This document shows positions 57,931-64,000 of a DNA stretch of 64,000 nt, piece by piece. Source of the stretch: Candidatus Hodarchaeota archaeon (lineage in GTDB: Archaea; Asgardarchaeota; Heimdallarchaeia; Hodarchaeales; Hodarchaeaceae); NCBI GenBank assembly GCA_016839815.1, contig JAEOTM010000143.1, positions 1 through 64,000 of the forward strand, in the 5' to 3' direction. Positions within the stretch are counted from its first letter, which is position 1. Each line of letters opens with the position of its first letter. Below the pieces are notes generated by a model. That model worked only from the letters and a program-made list of their open reading frames with translations. It did no database searches and was not told the DNA's origin. The translations under genes were made by a program, and so were the position numbers.

Positions 57931-58983
57931 ATGGGAACACAAATAGGGCAATTATTCACAAGTAGCCGTCAAGTTATTTCTATAGATGCTTTATCTGGCA
58001 AAAAAATTGGATTTGATGCTTATAATACTATCTATGCCTTTCTAGCGAGGATTAGAGATAAATCTACTGGGGGAGGTTATTTTACTGATTCAGATGGAAA
58101 TGTTACTAGTCATTTGATAGGATTATTTCCCAGGCTCATTCATTTTCTAATCTATGATGTGAAACCAATATTTATCTTTGATGGTAAACCTCCTGAATTC
58201 AAAAAATCAGAAATAATCACACGGAAAGAGAGGAAGAGGGATGCAAAGTTAAAGCGAGAGGTGGCAATTGCTGCTGGAGATATGGAAGAGGCATCAAAAC
58301 ATGCACAGGCTACATCCCGAATTACACCAGATATTTTAGATGACACAAAGCAATTACTTCGCTACCTGGGCATTCCAATCGTAAAAGCTCCTTCAGAAGC
58401 GGAAGCACAGGGTGCATTAATGACAGATAAGGGATTAATTAGCGCAATGGCATCTCAAGACTATGATTCCTTTTTATTTGGGTGTCCAACAGTTATCCGC
58501 AACCTTGGAGTATCACAAAGGCGGAAAATTCCAAACCAACAGCGATTTGTTGAAGTAAAAACAGAACAGATTCATCTAAATCAGCTACTTTCTGAAATGC
58601 AACTTAAAGATAGAACTCAGTTAATTCTGGTTGGATTACTTGTAGGTACTGACTACAATCCAAAGGGGATTAAAGGGATAGGCCCAAAAACTGCTTTAAA
58701 GCTAGTTCACAAGTACCCGAATTTTACTTCTTTATTTACATATCTCGAAGCACAGTATGACATTGATGAGATTTTTCCTTATCCTATGCAAGAACTCCTC
58801 AATTACTTTCTAAAACCAGAAGTAGAGGAAAGTATCGAGATTTCCTTTGATAGTGCAAAGCCTAAGAAAGTAGAAGAATTTTTAGTTGAGGAACGTGGAT
58901 TTAAACAGGAACGAATTCAAAAGCAAATCAAAGCTTTGAAGAGGATCACCAGTCAAAACACGCTTGATAAATTTTTTAGTTAA
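57931..58983 (+). CDS. fen: Flap endonuclease 1
   Basis: DAYNTIYAFL, TSHL, FDGKPP, APSEAEAQ, SQDYD, GTDYN..GIGPK, PIP box QNTLDKFF. Confidence 0.96.
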   Translation: MGTQIGQLFTSSRQVISIDALSGKKIGFDAYNTIYAFLARIRDKSTGGGYFTDSDGNVTSHLIGLFPRLIHFLIYDVKPIFIFDGKPPEFKKSEIITRKERKRDAKLKREVAIAAGDMEEASKHAQATSRITPDILDDTKQLLRYLGIPIVKAPSEAEAQGALMTDKGLISAMASQDYDSFLFGCPTVIRNLGVSQRRKIPNQQRFVEVKTEQIHLNQLLSEMQLKDRTQLILVGLLVGTDYNPKGIKGIGPKTALKLVHKYPNFTSLFTYLEAQYDIDEIFPYPMQELLNYFLKPEVEESIEISFDSAKPKKVEEFLVEERGFKQERIQKQIKALKRITSQNTLDKFFS

Positions 58984-59648
58984 ATACCAAATTTTCCCCT
59001 AAGAGGTACAAAAGCAACAGATGATAGCGCTTCTTGAGAGTATTCTGTCTCAGATGTCTTTCTAAATTTGGTCATAACTTGCCACATCCTTGGTGTTCCA
59101 ACAGGCATAACTAAAATCCCTCCTATTCGTAGTTGGTTGAAAAGCGGAGGCGGTAATTCGGGTCCAGCTGCAGTGAGAATTATTCGATCATATGGAGAGG
59201 CTTCCTCAAAACCAAGTGTTCCGTCGCCTGAAATAACGGTCACTCGTTTTTCAAATCCCGTTTCTTCCATGTTCTTTCGTGCAAATTCTACTAATTCTGG
59301 GACAATTTCGAGGGAATAAACATGACCAGTCAATTCAGATGATGTAATAGCTGCTGCTATTAAAGCAGCTTGATATCCTGAACCAGCACCAACTTCTAAA
59401 ACTTTCAGTCCTGGTTCGAGCTCTAAATATTCCAGGATCATTATAGTCATATGTGGAGCTGAAATTGTTTGCCCTGTTTTCATGAGTGGTAAGGGATGGT
59501 CTGAATATGCTGAAGATCGATAATTTGCCGGAAGAAAACTTTCTCTTGGTACTTCCCTAAAAGCTTCGAATGCTAATTCATCTTTTACAAGTCCCCTTAC
59601 CCGGTAATTTTGAATCAATCTATCTTTTTCCGCTTGGAGAGTAGACAT
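58980..59648 (-). CDS. pcm: Protein-L-isoaspartate O-methyltransferase
   Basis: VPRESF, GQTISAPHM, LEVGAGSGY, GDG..G...PYD, FVPL. Confidence 0.93.
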   Translation of the reverse strand: MSTLQAEKDRLIQNYRVRGLVKDELAFEAFREVPRESFLPANYRSSAYSDHPLPLMKTGQTISAPHMTIMILEYLELEPGLKVLEVGAGSGYQAALIAAAITSSELTGHVYSLEIVPELVEFARKNMEETGFEKRVTVISGDGTLGFEEASPYDRIILTAAGPELPPPLFNQLRIGGILVMPVGTPRMWQVMTKFRKTSETEYSQEALSSVAFVPLRGKFGI

Positions 59649-59678
59649 CGATTCTTTACTCCTTTAGGTCTTGAGAAA

Positions 59679-60746
59679 TCAACCATTCTTAAGTATGTTT
59701 AAGTCAACATTCATCTGAACTTTGGATGGAGAAACCTCTCTTCCAACACGACATGTAAGTATTTCATAATCACATTTTTTCCCCAATTGCTTCGATATTA
59801 ATGCACTAATAAATTCATCTGGTTTATCCATTTTTCTGATAAATTGATAAAAAGTAATGATTCCTCCATTCTTAACAAGATTCATCGAATATTCTAAATA
59901 TTCAATCGAACTGTCAGGTAAATTCATAATAATCCTATCAAAGTAATTTTTGATTCCAAAAATACTTCCAGCGTCACCAATAATTGGAATAATTGTACCA
60001 TTGAGTTTATTTCGGTTTATACTGGTAGTAAGATTCTGAATCGCATAGGGATTGATGTCTACTGCGATACTTGTACAATTCGTAGCTTTAGCACAATGTA
60101 AAGAAAAAGGCCCCACTCCAGCAAATAGATCTAATATTCGATCTCCCGATTTTACTTCCTTAGATAGACGCCGGTGTTCTTCAGCAAGACGGGGATTGAA
60201 ATAAGCTCTTTGTAAATCTACTTTTATTAATACTCCGTATTCTTTATGCCAACTTTCAAATTTTTTTTCCCCAGCCAAATGTTCTATCGGAAAAATTCTA
60301 TTTATTCCTTCTGTAATATCAGATTTATTCAGTACAGATGTAATCTTAGGATAAGAGTTTAATATTTCATTTCCTACTTGGATTCGGAACTCTCTAGTAG
60401 TTTTTTGGGGATCCAATCGTAATAATCCAATCTCCCCTATTTGATCAAATTTAATGGAGATTTCATTCCATGGTTCGTTAGGAAAAGAAGATCTCAATTT
60501 ATCTATTACTTTAGGTTTGAGATTCTCTTCTGGAAAGTCAAAATAATCCAATTGGTATTCATAATCCTTTAGGATTTTTGTTATATTTGATGAATCAGTA
60601 ATTGGAAAATAAACATAATTGTGATTCCTGATTATCTTCTTTGTCTTTGACAGTAAACCCGCTTTTATTAACTGGAGACGAGAATTTTCTGCTTGAATAC
60701 GAGGAAGTTTTACTCCCAAAGAAGGATTTTCATTTATGAGCTTCAT
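59679..60746 (-). CDS. trm5: Trm5-family tRNA G37 methyltransferase
   Basis: HKEYG, YFNPRLAEE, DLFAGVGPF, DINP, IMNLP; N-terminal D1 domain. Confidence 0.82.
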   Translation of the reverse strand: MKLINENPSLGVKLPRIQAENSRLQLIKAGLLSKTKKIIRNHNYVYFPITDSSNITKILKDYEYQLDYFDFPEENLKPKVIDKLRSSFPNEPWNEISIKFDQIGEIGLLRLDPQKTTREFRIQVGNEILNSYPKITSVLNKSDITEGINRIFPIEHLAGEKKFESWHKEYGVLIKVDLQRAYFNPRLAEEHRRLSKEVKSGDRILDLFAGVGPFSLHCAKATNCTSIAVDINPYAIQNLTTSINRNKLNGTIIPIIGDAGSIFGIKNYFDRIIMNLPDSSIEYLEYSMNLVKNGGIITFYQFIRKMDKPDEFISALISKQLGKKCDYEILTCRVGREVSPSKVQMNVDLNILKNG

Positions 60747-60857
60747 CTCCTAAATTGCATGATTTTCGATTTACTGCATTTTTATAAGGCAATGTTGAGC
60801 AAAATCCTCTACTAAATCTTAGATTAAGATAGAAGTGCATCAATAAATTTTTTTTAA

Positions 60858-60992
60858 CGGGCGCAGAGGGACTTGAACCCCCGACCAATGGGTCTCTCTA
60901 AAAGAATTCATTGATATTTTTAATTAGAAGTAAAATATTTACTAAATCCTTTTTTAAGAGCCCACCGCTCTACCTTGCTGAGCTATGCGCCC
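60858..60992 (-). tRNA. tRNA-Lys(CUU) with a 61-nt intron (60894-60954) at position 37/38
   Basis: GGGCGCA acceptor; GTGGG-CT-CTT-A^...^A-CCCAT; canonical bulge-helix-bulge (CTCT/AGAG helix, TAA and AGA bulges); 74 nt spliced. Confidence 0.92.
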
Positions 60993-61124
60993 TTTTACTT
61001 TCGTTTTATTCGTTTTAATAGAAAATATAAAAATTCTAGGTATATTCCTGAAAATTACTCACACTCTTACGATAAATTAACCCTAGAGGGTGGTTATTAT
61101 TCAAATCCCTTTAGGTAGTCACAT

Positions 61125-61142
61125 TTACTCAGAATCAAGTAA
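61125..61142 (+). promoter_or_regulatory. Imperfect palindrome abutting the TATA-like box of the wHTH-riboflavin kinase gene (candidate autoregulatory operator)
   Basis: TTACTCAGAATCAAGTAA immediately followed by GTATATTA. Confidence 0.4.
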
Positions 61143-61195
61143 GTATATTAGATATCGTGTAAATAGGTGTAAATACCGATAGGAGAGTATTAAGC

Positions 61196-61909
61196 TTGAG
61201 TACTGTTCCAAAACGTTCTAAAAACAATATATTTACCTATCTAGACATACTTATTGCACTCGGTAAAATGGGTGGAGGTAGACGACTTGTAACGTGTACA
61301 ACTTCCGAATTAGGGAGCTCTATCGGAATATCTCAACAATCAACGTCACGAAAACTAGTAGAAATGGAGAATATGAACTTAATTGTTAGAAAGTATTCTC
61401 AAAGGGGAAATTCTATCAAGATTACTCCAGAGGGGATTGCTAGTCTTGAACAAGTATTTACAGAATTGTGGATGATTCTTACGACGAGTGGACGGGAAAT
61501 ATCAGAAAAAATAGTCTTACGAGGCAAAGTAATTACTGGTATGGCTGAAGGAGCATATTATATGGGTCAAAAAGCTTATCAAGATCAATTCTCTATGATC
61601 CTTGACTTCACTCCTTTCCCAGGAACTTTAAATTTGCAGATATTAGATGAAGATACTATTCAGAATTTTGAGCGATTATTACGACTTCCTGGAAAATTTA
61701 TTTCTGGTTTTAAAGATGGAGATCGTGTGTTTGGTAAAGTGTTCATATGGCCTACATTTATTTTATTAAATGGAAAAAAAATCCCTGCAGCGATAGTACG
61801 TCCTGAAAGAACCCATCACACAAATCAAATTGAATTAATATCCCCAGATCATATCAAGGAGAAGTATGGAGTCAAAGATGGGGATGAATTAGAAATTATT
61901 CTTGAATAG
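61196..61909 (+). CDS. ribK: CTP-dependent riboflavin kinase with N-terminal wHTH (RbkR-type)
   Basis: ELGSSIGISQQSTSRKL wHTH; GMAEGAYY, PFPGTLN, ERTHH..IELIS. Confidence 0.92.
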   Translation: MSTVPKRSKNNIFTYLDILIALGKMGGGRRLVTCTTSELGSSIGISQQSTSRKLVEMENMNLIVRKYSQRGNSIKITPEGIASLEQVFTELWMILTTSGREISEKIVLRGKVITGMAEGAYYMGQKAYQDQFSMILDFTPFPGTLNLQILDEDTIQNFERLLRLPGKFISGFKDGDRVFGKVFIWPTFILLNGKKIPAAIVRPERTHHTNQIELISPDHIKEKYGVKDGDELEIILE

Positions 61910-61930
61910 ATATTCTATTAACACTGGCAT

Positions 61931-62632
61931 CTATTCAAATGAGTGTTGATCTAAATTTTGAAACTTCAGTGAAGATTTTTCATTTGGGACCTGTTCGTCT
62001 AATTTAACTATCTCAATATTTTCTAGCCCTGAATTCTCCAGCTGTTCAAGGAGCATCTTTTCGGTAGAAGCCTGATCGTAACCCAAAGCAATAGTATCGG
62101 GTTCATATTCGATTACAGTCTCTAGGAATTTGGATTGGTCAGGGCTTCCTTTAGCGGTAATATCTACGACTAATAATTCTTCTAAGAGTTTCATTCGATT
62201 GACTTGACTATTCAATGGTAATCTTCCTTTGGTTGATTCTACCATCTCATCAGAAGCCACTACAACTATAAGAATATCTCCTCCCTTTTTAGCCGCTTTC
62301 AAAGTTTTAATATGCCCTAAATGTATGATATCAAAAACTCCTCCAGTTAAAACGACTTTTAAATTATTTTTTCCTCCTTGAGTCAACTTGAAATGATTAG
62401 TGGGTTTAGCTAGTCTTTTAATTAGATTCATACTTGTTAAAACTGAAAGTAGTGCTTTTCCTTCCTCTAAAGTGCGGTCAAGCTTAATTGAAAAATCTTC
62501 AACCGTAAATGAGCCTTTTTCAACAGTTAATAAGTATGCTACCTTCAAAAACTCTTTTAACAAAGATTGAAATAAGCTTCCTCTTTCTACACCAGCATTC
62601 ACTAAATTGACACCTTCAATTTCAATTTTCAA
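61931..62632 (-). CDS. ribL: Archaeal FAD synthetase (RibL-like cytidylyltransferase fold) with N-terminal wHTH
   Basis: GGVFDIIHLGH, VVVASD, IALGYDQ, KSS; about 85-aa N-terminal wHTH ending FKLTQGG. Confidence 0.72.
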   Translation of the reverse strand: MKIEIEGVNLVNAGVERGSLFQSLLKEFLKVAYLLTVEKGSFTVEDFSIKLDRTLEEGKALLSVLTSMNLIKRLAKPTNHFKLTQGGKNNLKVVLTGGVFDIIHLGHIKTLKAAKKGGDILIVVVASDEMVESTKGRLPLNSQVNRMKLLEELLVVDITAKGSPDQSKFLETVIEYEPDTIALGYDQASTEKMLLEQLENSGLENIEIVKLDEQVPNEKSSLKFQNLDQHSFE

Positions 62633-62650
62633 AACTATTACATAAATCTA

Positions 62651-63469
62651 CTAGTCATTTCTAGTGTTTTTAATTGGATTTTTTACTCCCCATAAAACTG
62701 CAAGAGCTTCAACCTCTGCGAAATGCAATTTATCCGCACAGATTATTAGTGCTTGAGGGGGCCCAATGTTTAACCATGAGGTTGAATTCGCTACATCCTC
62801 CAATGAGCCTGCTTTAGTAAATTCATCCTGATACCCTAATTTTGCTAGACCAATTCCTATATTAAAATCATTGATGACATTTTCTTGAATTTCTGTTTCT
62901 AGATCAAATAATATTGAGATGGCCTCATCAATGGACAGAAATTTGTTTTCAAGAATATCTATATCAAGGAGAACTAGTGTATGAGCATCAATAGTTTTGT
63001 TCTGTTGAATGATTCTGTAAGGAAATTCACTTTTATTAGTACGGAAGGGACAGGTTACTGTTCGACCAAAACTATAAGAAGAAAGACCAGAAACAGAAGC
63101 AGCGGCAGAAATAACCGATGAATTATGAATAAGCTTGCAATTATAGTCCCTTTTCATAGCAGCTATACGTATGGAATTATGAGTTGTTGCGACAAAGGGA
63201 TCACCAGAAATGAGAATAGCAGCGGATTTTCCTTTAATCTTCTCAAGAAAAGTATCTTCTTCATCTTCTATGTCTTTTCTAGTTATGGGGATGATCTTTG
63301 CGGGAATCTGTTTCCAAACTTCAGGTTTTTCTTGAGAAAAGAAATTTGTATATGATTCCACAAAGATAAAGTCTACGTTTTTCAAAACTTCGAGAGCTTG
63401 TAGTGTACAGCTATTAAATCCATTAAGACCCATTCCAATAAAGTATAAATTGGTATTGGAGACTTTCAA
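62651..63469 (-). CDS. dph5: Diphthine synthase
   Basis: LYFIGMGL, ESYT, GDPFVATTH, GLSSYSFGRTVT, HTLVLLDI, GPPQALII..LHFAE. Confidence 0.93.
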   Translation of the reverse strand: MKVSNTNLYFIGMGLNGFNSCTLQALEVLKNVDFIFVESYTNFFSQEKPEVWKQIPAKIIPITRKDIEDEEDTFLEKIKGKSAAILISGDPFVATTHNSIRIAAMKRDYNCKLIHNSSVISAAASVSGLSSYSFGRTVTCPFRTNKSEFPYRIIQQNKTIDAHTLVLLDIDILENKFLSIDEAISILFDLETEIQENVINDFNIGIGLAKLGYQDEFTKAGSLEDVANSTSWLNIGPPQALIICADKLHFAEVEALAVLWGVKNPIKNTRND

Positions 63470-63511
63470 GAGAGATCATCTAATACGAAGAACTTTTTTT
63501 GTATGATACTC

Positions 63512-63904
63512 CTATTCTTCGGAGCAATGACTACTATAATCTTCTGGAGACATTAGTTTATTCCAATCAGATTCAAGATCGGAAGGTTTCATTTTAACCA
63601 GCCAAGCCGAGTATGGATCTTGGTTAACTTTTTCAGGAGCACCTACAACTTCTTCATTTACTTCAATTACTTCTCCACTAATTGGAGCGACAAGATCTGA
63701 CACAGCTTTTACACTTTCAATCGAACCAATAACCTCTTTGAAGCTAAATGTTTCTCCCACTTCAGGGAGTTCAATATAGACTACATCCTTGAGAGTTTTT
63801 TGAGCAAAATCAGTTACTCCAACTAAAACGAATTCCCCGTCACGTTTCGCCCAATCATGTTCTGGTAAATATCTAAATTCAGGTAAAACTTTGTAAGACA
63901 TCAA
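63512..63904 (-). CDS. gcvH: Glycine cleavage system H protein
   Basis: HDW, GVTDFAQ, IESVKAVSD (lipoyl-Lys), VNQDPY. Confidence 0.95.
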   Translation of the reverse strand: MMSYKVLPEFRYLPEHDWAKRDGEFVLVGVTDFAQKTLKDVVYIELPEVGETFSFKEVIGSIESVKAVSDLVAPISGEVIEVNEEVVGAPEKVNQDPYSAWLVKMKPSDLESDWNKLMSPEDYSSHCSEE

Positions 63905-64000
63905 AATACGTCCTATATTTAATTTTATTAGGAAAATGATCTACGACCAGAAAAATAACGAGAATATTTATCTGTTATTAGAAAATAACAATGATATTCT

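Noticed and set aside
56993-60992. tRNA genes as integration sites for a mobile element
   Set aside because: No integrase, no duplicated tRNA 3' end, and the flanking genes are housekeeping.
1-64000. CRISPR arrays, transposases, rRNA genes or defence systems
   Set aside because: None recognisable in the sequence or the ORF track.

Overview
AT-rich archaeal chromosomal window with no mobile elements or CRISPR arrays. It is most likely from an Asgard archaeon, plausibly Heimdallarchaeia/Hodarchaeales. That placement is inferred from a Rab-like small GTPase, eS25, archaeal LeuRS, FEN1 with a PIP box, Dph5, DGGGP synthase and a BHB-intron tRNA. Main contents: (i) a divergent proteasome beta+alpha gene pair, LeuRS and Hsp20; (ii) a complete 11-subunit complex I-like operon (nuoABCDHIJKLMN, no nuoEFG) flanked by a geranylgeranyl reductase and a B12 radical-SAM gene; (iii) a nucleoside uptake/salvage cluster (phosphopentomutase, uridine phosphorylase, PfkB kinase, BMP-ABC transporter with fused permeases, FucI-like isomerase); (iv) glycine-cleavage P1/P2 and two H-type proteins; (v) three tRNAs, two of which bracket orphan A-ATPase H and F genes; (vi) wHTH-fused riboflavin kinase and FAD synthetase. 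The most striking observation is in NuoL. Its lateral amphipathic helix carries two extra, exactly 26-residue repeats. One such insertion is the known hallmark of '2M' complexes with an extra proton-pumping subunit, yet this operon has only one nuoM. This suggests an undescribed, further-extended membrane arm. Other candidates are a Leu-Leu leader peptide upstream of leuS and a structured 5' leader upstream of the nucleoside transporter. All calls rest on motif recognition by eye; no searches were run.
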